Of a stretch of 64,000 nt of DNA, positions 46,221 through 57,200 are shown one piece after another (position 1 is the first letter of the stretch; each line of letters begins with the position of its first letter). The position numbers were made by a program, and so were the translations under genes. This stretch comes from Eutreptiella sp. 'Long Island Sound 2002' (Eukaryota > Protista > Euglenida), in the NCBI GenBank assembly GCA_964036045.1, contig OZ038378.1, positions 84,940,001-85,004,000 of the forward strand, in the 5' to 3' direction. The notes beneath the pieces are model-generated. The model ran no database searches. It saw only the letters and a program-made list of their open reading frames with translations, and had not been told where the DNA came from.

Positions 46221-47099
46221 CGCATCCCACACAGGGAGGGGGAGAGGCAAAAGAAGGCGGAAGAGGAGGGTAGGATCAAGGAAGCGAAGCAGTCGAAGTT
46301 GGCAAAGCTAGAAGCCCTTGTGATGAAGCTCCCCCCGCACGGTGGTGAAGAGGACAACGAGGCTGAGGATCCAAGCCCAAGCGGGGCCGAGGGAGAAGCA
46401 GATGAGGTGCAAGATTCGGATAACAAGGCCAAGCAACCTGCTCCTCCTCCCCCAAAGAAGGCACCCAGGTTGGTGTTGATAGGCCCGGCCAAACGAGGGG
46501 CGAAAACCATTAGCCCCAAGGAGACACGATCGGACGCCAATCAGAGAGGGCCCGCGTGCCAGAACAATTTGCTGGTAACGCAGCAAAGTCTGGAGGATAT
46601 CGGGTTGCGCATAGCACACGTACGGTACCACTACCCGACGTGTCTCGAGATGGGTGGCCCGATCGTCAAAAAGAAGGGGGAGCATGGCCGTCGGGAGTCC
46701 AAGGAGATGCACGAAACCCTGTGTTTCTCCTTGTGCTGCGCCATCAAGTATTCGCAGCCCGTCGCCATTGACACCCCGGGGGTGCGTGCGCAGCACGCAC
46801 CTAGTGCCGTGACCGCTAGGACCAAGCTCATGTCCAAGTACCAACCGTGTGTTGGGACGCTGACAAGGATGCAACCCCCCACAATCGGAATGCATCCCCC
46901 CATGTCACCTGTTGCCCTGCCAATTCTACCATGTTTTGCAGCAACGCTGCATCCCTCAAATGGTCAGCCATACAATACCACCCCTATCTTTTCAACCACA
47001 ACGCTCCTGCTGCTTGCTCTAGCCCAGGGGCTTTACCACCACCCTCCCCTTCACCTTCACAGTGCTGGGCTGTTGCTATTCGGGACTCAACACGGATAG
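46221..47099 (+). pseudogene. Intronless ORF with a charged/coiled N-terminus, unknown function
   Basis: Open from 46221 (ERQKKAEEEGRIKEAKQSKLAKLEAL...) through an acidic linker into a globular-looking part (SLEDIGLRIAHVRYHYP...). Confidence 0.4.
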
Positions 47100-47323
47100 G
47101 GCGAAGGAACCCAGGTTTCCCCATAAACCCCACTTTGGCTCCACTGCCCCTCTTTTTCACAGTGTGCGGTTTAATTTTCATTTTACTGATGGGGACCGAA
47201 GCTAGAGCCGCTGCCGCCACTCTGCTGGCCAGAGTAGGACTCTGTCTACTGTACCAGCGAGATCAAGGGCTCAGGCTTTCCCACGCGGCGATCGGCGGAA
47301 AAGGGTCCAAGTGCGCCACGTGA

Positions 47324-47671
47324 ACGCGGCACTTCGTCGACAACGAGCGGCTTAGTTCTGAGCATGGTGCGACGCCCCAGACCATCAACTCCGCCACACG
47401 GGAGGTGCTAACCACAGTGCCGACGGCGGACAAGGCCGATGTGGACGATGAGGTGGCCGCGGCTAAGAGGGCTCTCTTCATGTGGCGCGACGTACCGGGG
47501 AGTCCCCGCTGCGACATGCTGCTGAAGCTCGCAAACCTGCTGGCCGAGCACCAGCAACGGCTTGCGGAATGGGACACCGGGGACAATGGCACGCCCAAGG
47601 TCGTAGCACGGAGAGTGGGCGTGGACCTTGCGATCGAACTCTTCCGCTACTTCGTAGGCTGGGCGGCCAAG
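47324..47671 (+). pseudogene. Intronless aldehyde dehydrogenase N-terminal fragment (~116 aa)
   Basis: HFVDNE...TINSATREVLTTVPTADKADVDDEVAAAKRAL..W....GSPR..MLLKLANLLAEH...LAEWDTGDNG.P...DLAIELFRYFVGWAAK matches the class 1/2 ALDH N-terminus (LFINNE...TINPATGEVI...A...DVD.AV.AAR.A...R...L.KLA.L...LA..E..DNG.P...FRY.AGWA.K). Confidence 0.9.
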
Positions 47672-48222
47672 GACATACTGGTTGTGGAGGAGATCAAGCA
47701 CCTGATGCGATGGGTGTGGCACACTGAGAACACCTACGGTACAGGGGCTACCGCATGGGAATCAGCTATGGCCAACTTGAAAGAGCAGGATGACAAGCAC
47801 CTGATCTTCATCAGCGGGCCTTGCCCCTTAACACAATTGTCACTGGGTGGGATGGCGCCTTTGCTGCCCCCCCGCACGTCTTGGTCGAAGACAATGATTT
47901 CAATGCCTTGCCCAATGGCCCCAGCTGTCCCCGACATCCCGCTGACAGATTGGATCCCAACGCTGCCGCGACCAGTCCGGCCAGTGCTCCGGTGTTGACT
48001 ATAGGCACCATCGTCACGTTCACCCCTAAGGGAGTGGCGCCGTGTGCGCGTCAGCGCCGCCCTCTTGCACCCCGGCGCACGAAGCTCCGCCGCCTCTGCC
48101 TGCTCCGCAAGCGCCCCCACTTCGGCCACCTATGCCGGCACCAGTACCGCCCACCCATTCACCCATGCCGCCGCCGCTTACGCCTCCTCAGCATCGCCCA
48201 ACTCAGACCGCATACGAAGCGC

Positions 48223-48447
48223 TTTCCCGTGTTGGTGCGGGGCCCAGAGAAGACTGTGGCGCTGCACCTACTCCCCCATGAAAGCGTCTAGGGTGGGAAG
48301 TATATGATCCAGCGCAAGCTCAAAGTCCCTTGGAGACACCAGTGCATGCTGCAAGGCAACGTGCAGCAAGAGAACAGCCGCATCGTAGCCAATTACCCTT
48401 TGAACAGGAACAACACGATTACCTTTGTGCTCTCTATGTGTGGCCGA
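48223..48447 (+). pseudogene. Ubiquitin-like domain 1 (one internal TAG)
   Basis: FPVLVRGPEKTVALHLLPHESV*GGKYMIQRKLKVPWRHQCML...ENSRIVANYPLNRNNTITFVLSMCGR aligns end to end with ubiquitin. Confidence 0.7.
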
Positions 48448-49126
48448 ACCCCCGATGGCACCGAGTTCGCGCCTACGTGTATGCACGACGCACCCGAAAC
48501 GGTTGTCAACGGCGTTCCCGAGGCTGCCACGTACCTGGCTCTGTAGCAGGAGCGGTGCCACAGAGAAGCCTCACAAGCGCTACAAAAGTTCCTAGCACCG
48601 GCTCCAGGCACTTGCTTTGGAGGCCGAGACGCACCACCCAGCGGAGTTGCATGAGTGTGCTGCGACCTCAGAGGCGAAACTGCGCTACGCAACGCGTTGC
48701 AGCAACGACACCCAGTACAACCTCTGCGATGTCAGCGACCTACGGACGGCAATACAAGAGCTCGGCGGGTGCACGTGGGTTGAGGAGTCATGGAATGGCA
48801 CATTGAGGATCCGGCACCACCAGTGGATGAACGACATGCGGACGCGGCGATTGGGGCCACCCCCAACGCCGGGAGCGGCCCAGGCAGCGCTGCCGGTGGG
48901 GCCGGAGAACGCGCTCACGCCGGCAGCAAGTGCCCTGGTGAGCAGGGCGTAGTAGGATCTGCCGATGATGATGGATGTGGCAATCATGGACGGCGAGCCG
49001 GCGGACATCGGGCACACACCCTCCCACCACGGCCGCAACGATGGACATGAAGCAGCCACCGCGACATCCAGTACCCAGACGGGGGCAAAAGGCACGGCGA
49101 ACCATGGAACTGAACACGCCCCCGGG

Positions 49127-49359
49127 CACCAGCTCTTCGTGCGAGTGGAAACCGGGCGTACCATCACAGTTTGTGTCCGCTCCTCGGACGTTCGTGTACA
49201 CGACATCCAAGTGCAGATCCACAGCAAAGTCCGCGCCCCAGCCCATTGGCACAGGCTGGTTTTCGCGGGCAAGCAGCTGGCCCGCGCGGGCTACACCCTG
49301 GCGACTATGGCATCGGGGAGGGATCCACTCTAGAACTCCTCAGGCGCCCATGTGGCCGA
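49127..49359 (+). pseudogene. Ubiquitin-like domain 2 (one frameshift)
   Basis: HQLFVRVETGRTITVCVRSSDVRVHDIQVQIHSKVRAPAHWHRLVFAGKQL then, after a frameshift, DYGIGEGSTLELLRRPCGR. Confidence 0.85.
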
Positions 49360-49379
49360 GTGCTTGCGAAAGGCGACGC

Positions 49380-50630
49380 CACGAACGGGGATGCCACCAT
49401 GACGCCAGCGGACAGCGCCCATAACGTCGCCACAGCTGCCAACTCCTCCCTACTTGCATGGGCAAAATGGGTACAGGGCCCATACGGGGCCCTACTCAAG
49501 AGTGCAAGGACTGGACGAGTGGGAGCTCGGCTTCCTCGAGGCCCTCACAAAGCACGAGGTGCAAGCGGGGGCGGTGGGGGCCATGACGACACGGCCGGGC
49601 TTGGCCCTCGAGATGGAGGAGGCCACACGTGCCACGGCAGCATACAAAGGACATTGCCACCTACAGCCCGACTTCATCGCCGCGGTTTTCCGCCTCATGC
49701 CTAGCATGGCCACAAATGAGAGCACAGCAGCCCGGGGCCCAGGGGCGACGCCCGGACAGCCACACCTGACCGTGCTGGAATGGGCACGCGGGGTCGCTGG
49801 CCCGTACGCTGCCCTTGTGGGTCGCAGCACCTATGCACAGGACCTGGACAAGTGGGAGGTTGACTTCGAGGAGTTCCTCATGGAAATCGAGGCCACGACA
49901 CAGCAGCTCGGAGCACTCGTAGTGGCTGCGGGTCTGGACCTTGATAGCACATCGGCAATCCGTGCCCTGGGCGCTTACACCGCCCGCAAATGCCTCCGGC
50001 CCAACCTCCACGAGCTCCGCTTCATGGGCATCCTGACCACGGACGCAGCGGGCCCCACTATGGGCGACAACGCCACGAACCAAAGCCCGATGCGTGAATT
50101 CGTGGCGCTGCTATCGGCCCAGAAACTGGAGGTAGAGCAGATGCGCCAAACCCTCATCGCACCACTCACCCGAGCGGCGGTTGACCGCTTTCTCACGCAG
50201 GCCTTGCCGTATGCCTCGATGACCTCCCTCGCGGCCTGCGTGAAAGAACTATCCCACGAGGACCCAAGTGATTCTTTTGCCAAGCAGCCACTACCGTCCA
50301 CCGTGTGGCGCGTCCTCAATGAGGAACTCCGCGCCAAGAGGCAGGGTCGTCCGTCAGCCCCGGCACTGATAGCCCACCCCGGCCCACCGACACATGGCAC
50401 CCTTGCAGCCCCAGATGATGGCGACCGGATCGGCCACCATATGCTTCAACTGCCGCGGGCGGGGGAACATCGCGCGCGTGTGCCCCTGGAAGGCACCGGG
50501 GGGCCAAGTTCAGCAAATGGGGCCCCACACCCTGTCGGTAAATCACAACCACGCCTACGATATGAACGCACCACCGCCAGCCCCTTGCAACAAGTGCGGA
50601 CAGATGCATTGGGCCTAGTTCCCGTGCCTC
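49380..50630 (+). pseudogene. Gag-like region ending in two zinc-knuckle motifs
   Basis: CFNCRGRGNIARVC (50442-83; CX2CX4[H>N]X4C) and CNKCGQMHWA*FPC (50586-627). Confidence 0.65.
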
Positions 50631-50816
50631 CAACCCCAGTCAAGGGCAGTCACCACCCCCACCGCACACCAGCACTGCACCTCAAGCACACATGGGACAG
50701 ACTGGAGTGCGACGTTGCTGCAAGTCCTCTAGCAACACCAAGGGGGGCAACCACCCTCGGCCTGAACCGCCATCTCCCCAGCCCTCCTACCCCCCACTCT
50801 GCATCACCAAGCACTA

Positions 50817-51283
50817 GTGCATGACCAAGGGACGGCCACCGTGGCAGACGCGTGGGGCGCGTACCGCGAAGCACTCAGAGCACGTCTCCGCGTTAGCCTT
50901 ACAGACGCGGTGGTGTTCGCCGCAAGGCCCTTCGCCAAGGGCACACGGGACACATACCTATGCGCCGTACGAAACATCCTCATGGGCAACACGAACGACA
51001 CCGATTTGCAGCTGGCCATCGACGGCCGCCTCTTGCTGCTTGGACACCGAAAGAATAGCGGGTCAGTGGCGCGCTACACCGTCTCCGGATAACAGATGCT
51101 GGCAAAACCGCAACCCCTCCCGGAGTTCGTTACTGCGCGAATGTGGTTACAAGTCGGAGCCATCGACAAAGGCACAGCGCACCTAGCGGAACCCCGCGCT
51201 TGGGCAACAGGGCAGCACCTTGAGCGACTAGGAAAATGCAGGTACCATTGGGTTTGGGCCAGAAATTGCTTCGATGCGACTAC
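50817..51283 (+). pseudogene. Putative tyrosine recombinase N-terminal (core-binding) region
   Basis: AARPFAKGTRDTYLCAVR...LLLLG...SGSVARYTVSG*...LPEFV...WLQVGAIDKG...PRAWA resembles the A..T...Y and stacked-helix pattern preceding the catalytic domain of DIRS-order YRs. No catalytic residues are retained. Confidence 0.45.
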
Positions 51284-54200
51284 AGGAGTTCCACTTTCCA
51301 CCGCCCCTAGGCGGTGAGGCACTGCATTGCACGAGTTCCACTGCCCCCTGCCCCGAGGCAGTGTGGCAGTGCATTGCACGTTTTGCACTGCCCACTGCCC
51401 CCAGGCAGTGAGGTAGTGCATTGCGGGAGTTCCACTGCCCACTGCCCTTGAGCAATGTGGCAGTGCATGACAGGAGTTCCATTGTCCACTGCCCCCGGGC
51501 AGTGTGGCAGTGCATTACAACAATTCCGCTCTTTAGGCAGCAACCGCCTCCTAGGCAGGCATCCCCGTCCCCTCAGCTGATGGGCCCGCGCATTGCACGA
51601 GTTCCGCAGCCCGCTGCCCCCGGGCTCTGTGGCAGTGCACCACAGGAGTTGCATTGCCTACTGCCCCCCTGCAATGTGGCACTGCATTGCATGAGTTTCA
51701 CCAACCACTGCCGCCAGGCAGTGAGGCAGTGCCGTGCCGGAGTTCCATTGCCTGTCGCCCCCAGGCGGTGTGGCGGTGCATTGCACAGTTTCGATTGCCC
51801 AGTGCCCGCAGACAGTGGGGCAGTGCGTCGTACGAGTACCACTGCCCACGGACCCCGGGCGGTGAGGCAGTGCATTGCCGGAGTGCCACTGCCCACTGCC
51901 CCCATGCGGTGTGGCAATGCGTTGCATGAGTTCCACCGCCCACTGCCCCCATGCAGTGAGGCAGTGTATAGCAAGAGTTGCACTGCCCATTGCCCCTAGG
52001 CAGTGGGGCATTGCATTGCAAGAGTACCACAGCCCACAGCCCCCAGGCGGTGTGGCAGTGCGTTGCAGGGTTTCCACGGCTCACTGCCCCCATGCGGTGA
52101 GGCAGCGTACTGCGGGAGTTCCACTGCCCACTGCCCATAGACAATGAGGCATCGCATTGAGGAAGTTCCGCTGCCGGCCGCCCACAGCCGGTGTGACGGT
52201 GCTTTGCTGGAGTTCCACTGCCCACTACCCCCAGGCAGTGGGGCAGTGCGTTGCAAGGTTTCGACTGCCCACTGCAGCCATGCCGTAAGGCAGTGTATCT
52301 CAGGAGTCCCACTACCCACTGCCCCTAGGCAGTGAGGCAGCGCATTGCAGGAGTTCCACTGCCCATTGCCCGCAGGCAGCGGGGCAATGCGTTGCAAGGT
52401 TTCCACTGCCCACTGCCCCCATGCAGTCAGGCAGTGCATTGCAGGAGTTCCACTGCCCACTGCCTCCACGCAGTGTGGCAGTGCATTGCAGGAGTTCCAC
52501 TGCCCGGTGCCCCCGGGCTGCGGGGCAATGCGCTGCAACGTTTCCACTGCCCATCGCCCCCATGCAGTGAGTCAGTGCATTGCAGGATTTTCACTGCCCA
52601 CTGCCCCCAAACAACGTGGCAGTGCATTGCACGAGTTCTGCAGCCCATTGCCTCTAGGCATTGTGGCAGTGCAGTGGAGGAGTTCCATTGCCCACTGCCT
52701 CTAGGCAGTGTGGCAGTGCATTGCAGGAGTTCCACTGCCGACTGCCCCTGAGCAGTGTGGCAGTGCATGTTAGGAGTTCCACTGCCCACTGCCCCTAGGG
52801 AGTGTAGCAGCGCATTGCAAGATTTCCGCTCTTTAGGCAGCGACCGCCTCATGGGCAGGCTTCCCCGTCCTCCGAGCTGGTGGGCCCGCGCATTGCACGA
52901 GGTCCCCCTCAGGCACTGTGGCAGTGCTTTACAGGAGTTGCCCTGCCCATTGCCCCAATGCAGTGAGGCAGTGCATCGCACGAGTTCCACTTCCCACTTC
53001 CGCAGGCAGTGTGGCATCGCGTTGTAGGAGTTCCACTGCCCACTGCCCCCAAGCAGCGGGGCAGTGTGTTGCAGGGTTTCATTGCCCACTGTCCCCGTGC
53101 AGTAAGGCAGTGTATTTCAGGAGTTCCACTGCCCACTGCCCCCAGGCAGTGGGGCAGTGCATGGCAGGAGTTCCTTTGCCCACTGCCCATAGCTAGTGAG
53201 GCAATGCGTTGCGGCAGTTCAACTTCCCACTTCCCCCATGCAGTGAGACAGTGTGTTGCAGGAGTTCCGCTGCCCATTGCCCCGAGGCAGTGAGACATTG
53301 CATTGCACGGGTTCCACTGCCCACTACCCCCAAGCAATGAGGCAGTGCACTACAGGGGTTCCATTGCCCACTGCCCCCAGGCATTTGTGCAGTGCGTCGC
53401 AAGGTTTCCATTGCCCACTGCCCCCATGCATTGCAGAAGTGCAACTTCACACTGCCCCAAGGCAGTTAGGTAGTTCATTGCAGGAGTTCCATTGCCCACT
53501 TCCCCCAATCAGTGTGGCAGTGCATTGCAAGGGTTCCACCGCCCACTGCCGCTAGGTAGTGAGGCATTGCATTGCAGGAGTTGCACTGCCCATTGCCTCC
53601 GGCTGGTGAGGCATTGCATAGCAAGAGTTCCACTGTCCACTGCCCCAAGGCACTGTGGCGGTGCATTGCAGGAGTACCGCTATTTAGGCAATAACCGCTT
53701 CGCGACACAACTCCTCGTCCCCCCAGCTGGAGGCCCCCGCATAGCAAAAATTTTGCTGCCCACCATCCCCAAGCGGTGTGGCAATGCATTACAGGAGTTG
53801 CACTGCCCACTGCCCCTAGGCAGTAAGGCAGTGCGTTGTGGCAGTTCCACTGCCCACCGCCCCCGGGCGGTGGGGCACTGCGTTACATGAGTTGCACCGC
53901 CCTCCGCCCCCAGACGGTCAGGTAGTGCGCTGCAGGGATACTGCTCTTTAGGCAGCGACCGCCTCCTCAGCAAGACTCCCCGTGCCCGCAGATGGTGGGC
54001 CCCGCATTGCGAGAGTTCCGCTGCCCAACGACCCGGTTAGGCACGGTTAGGTCCAAACGGTTTGGAAATGCATCGCACGCTTTGAGCTGCCTTTTGCCCC
54101 CAGGTAGTACGGCAGTGCAGTGCATGAGGTCCAATGCCCACGGCCCCCAGGCAGTGAGGTAGTGTGTTCCATGAGTTCCACTGCCCCCTGCCCCCATACA

Positions 54201-57200
54201 TTGAGCCTGTGCGTTGCAAGAGTCCCACTGCCCACCGCCCCTGGTCAGTGAGGCAATTCGCTGCAGGGATACCGCTCTTTAGGCAGCGACCTCCTCCTGG
54301 GCAGGACTCCCTGTGCCCCCTGATTGGGGGCCCCGCATTGCAAGAGTTCCGTTGCCCAACACCCCGGTTAGACCCGGTTTGGCCTAGGTGGTGTGGCAGT
54401 GCATTGCACGAGTTGCAATGCCTACTTCCCCCAGGCAGTGAGGCCGTGTATTGTAAGAGTTGCACTGCCCACTGCCCTTGGGCAGTGAGGCAGTGCATGA
54501 CAAGAGTCCCACTGCTTACTGCCCCTGAGCAGGCCGGCGGTTCATGACAGGAGTTCCACTGCCCGCTGCCCCCAAGCAGTGACGTAGTGCATTGCAATAG
54601 TAGCCCTCCTTAGGCAGCGACCGCCTCCTGGGCACGACTCCCCGTCCCCCCAGCTGCTGGGCCCGCGCATTGCAGGAATTCCGCTGCCCACTGCCCCGGG
54701 GCAGTGTGGCAGTGCCTTACAAGAGTTTCCCTACCCATGGCCGCCAGGCGGTGTGGCACTGCATTCCATGAGTTGCACTTGCAACTGCCCCCATGCAGTG
54801 AGACAGTGCATTGCAAGAGTTCCACTGCCCAGTGCTCTGGGCAGTGTGGTAGTGCATTGCAAGAATTCCGTCTTTAGGTAGTGACCGCCTCCTAGGCAGG
54901 AGGTCCCGTCCCCCTCGCTAGTGGGCCCGCGCACAACAGGAATTCCGCTGCCCTGTGCCCCCATGCACTGTGGGAGTGCATTACAGCAGTTGCCCTGCCC
55001 ACTGCCCCAAGGCAGCGGGGCAGTTCATTGCACGAATTCCACAGCCCACTGCCCCTAGGCCTTTGGGCAATGCATGGCAGGAGTTCGACTGCCCACAGCC
55101 CCAGGCAGTGAGTTAAGTGCATTGTAGGAGTTCCACTGCCCACCCTCCCCAGAAAGCGTGGGAGTGCATTGCAGAAGCTCCACTTCCCAGTGCCTCCAGG
55201 CGCTGACGCAGTACATTGCAAGAGTTCCACTGCCCACCGCCCGCAAGAAATGAGCCAATATATTGCAGTAGTGGCACTGCCCACTGTGCCTAGGCATTGA
55301 GGCAGTAAATTGCAGGGGTTCCACTGCCCATAGCTCCCATGCAATGAGGCATTGCATTGCACGAGTTCCGCTGCCCACTGCCCCCGGGCAGTGTAGTACT
55401 GCATTGCGAGCGTTCCACTCTTTAGGCAGCGTCCGCCTCCTCGGCAGGACTCCCCTTCCCCCTAGCTGGTGGGCTGGAGCATTGCAGGAGGGCCACTACC
55501 TGTCGCTCCCAAGCGGTGGGGCAGTGCATTGCAGGAGTTGCAGTGCCCACCGCCCCTAGGCAGTGTGGCGGTGCATTGCAGGAGTTCCACTACCCACTGC
55601 CCTAGGGAGTCTGGCGATGCATTGCAGGTGTTGCACTGCCCACTGCCGCTAGGCAGTGAGTGCAGTGCATCGTAGGAGTTCCACTGCCCGCTGCCCTTAG
55701 GAAGTGAGGCAGTGCACTGCAGGAGTTCCAGTGGCCACTGCCTCTAGGTAGTGTGGCAGTGCATTGCCCCAGTTCCGCTAACCACTGTCCCAAGCAATGT
55801 GGTAGTGCAGTGCAAGAGTTCGACTGCCCATTGCCCCCATGCAGTGTGGCGGTGCATTGCAAGATTTCCACTTCCCTCTGCCCACTGCCGGTAGGCAGTG
55901 TGGCCGTTCATTGCAGAAGTTCCACTGCCCACTGCCCCCAGGCAGCGTGGTAGTGCAGTGCAAGATTTCTACTTCCCTCTGCCCCTAGGCGATGGGGCAG
56001 TGCATAGCAGGAGTTCCACTACCGGCTGTCCCCAGGCAGTGAGTGCAATGCATTGCAGGAGTTGCACTCCCCACTGCCCCCAAGTACTGTGGCAGTGCAT
56101 TGCAGAAGTTCCCTTTCCCACTGCCCCAAGGCAGTGAGGCAGTGCATTGCAGAAGTTCCACTACCCACTGCCCGCAGTCACTGTGGCAACACATTGCAAA
56201 GGTTCCAATGCCCACTGCCCCCAAGTAGTGAGGCATTGCATTACAGGGGTTGCACTGCCCGGTGCCCGGTGCCCGCGGGCAGTGAGGCAGTGCGTCGCAG
56301 GAGTTTCACTGCCCACTGACCCCAGGCGGCGTGGCAATGCATGGCAGAAGTTTCGTTTCCCGCTGCTCCTAGGCATTGAGGCAGTGCATTGCAAGAGTTG
56401 CAATGCCCACTGCCCCCAGCTGGTGATGCAGCGCAATGCAAGAGTTCCACTGCCCACTGCCCCCAGGCACCGTTGCAGTGCAATGCAGGAGTACCGCTAT
56501 TTAGGCAGCTACCGCCTCCGCGGCAAAACTCCTCGTTCCCACAACTAGTGGGCCCGTGCGTAGCAGGAGTTCCGCCGCCCACCATACCCAGGCGTTGTGG
56601 CGATGCATTACAGGAGTTGCACTGTCCAGTGCCCCAAGGCAGTAAGGCAGTGCGTTGTGGCAGTTCCACTGTTCAGCTTCCCCAGGCAATCGGGCAGTGC
56701 ATTGCATGAGTTCCACTGCCCACAGCCCCCAGGCGGTGAGGCAGTGCGTTCCATCATTTCCACTGCCCCCTGCCCCCATACAGTGAGGCAGTGCGTTGCA
56801 GATTTTCCACTGCCCACTGCCCCTTGGCAGTGAGGCAGTGCACTGCAGGGGTACCGCTCTTTAGGCACCGACCGCGTCCTGGGCAGAACTCCCCGTGCCC
56901 CCAGATAGTGGGCCGTGCATTGCAAGAGTTCCACTGCCCAAAGCCCCGGTTAGGCCTGGTTAGGCTTGGGCGGTGTGGCAGTGCATCGCACGAGTTGCAC
57001 TGCCCTCTGTCGCCGGGCAGTGAGGAAGTGCATGATAGGAGTCCCACTGCTTACTGCCCCTGAGCTGGGTGGCGGTTCATTGAAGGAGTTCCATTCCTCG
57101 CTACCCCCAGGCAGCGAGGCAGTGCTTTGCAAGAGTACCCATCCTTTGGCAGCGACCGCGTCCTGGGCAGGACTCCCCGTCCCCCCAGGTGGTGGGCCCG

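Larger units (their letters stand above)
47324..51283 (+). mobile_element. Decayed tyrosine-recombinase-type retroelement (gag then YR), with captured domains upstream of gag
   Basis: Order on one strand: ALDH fragment, Ubl, Ubl, helical gag-like region, two Zn-knuckle motifs, then an overlapping ORF resembling a YR N-terminal domain. Truncated by the satellite at 51283. Confidence 0.6.
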
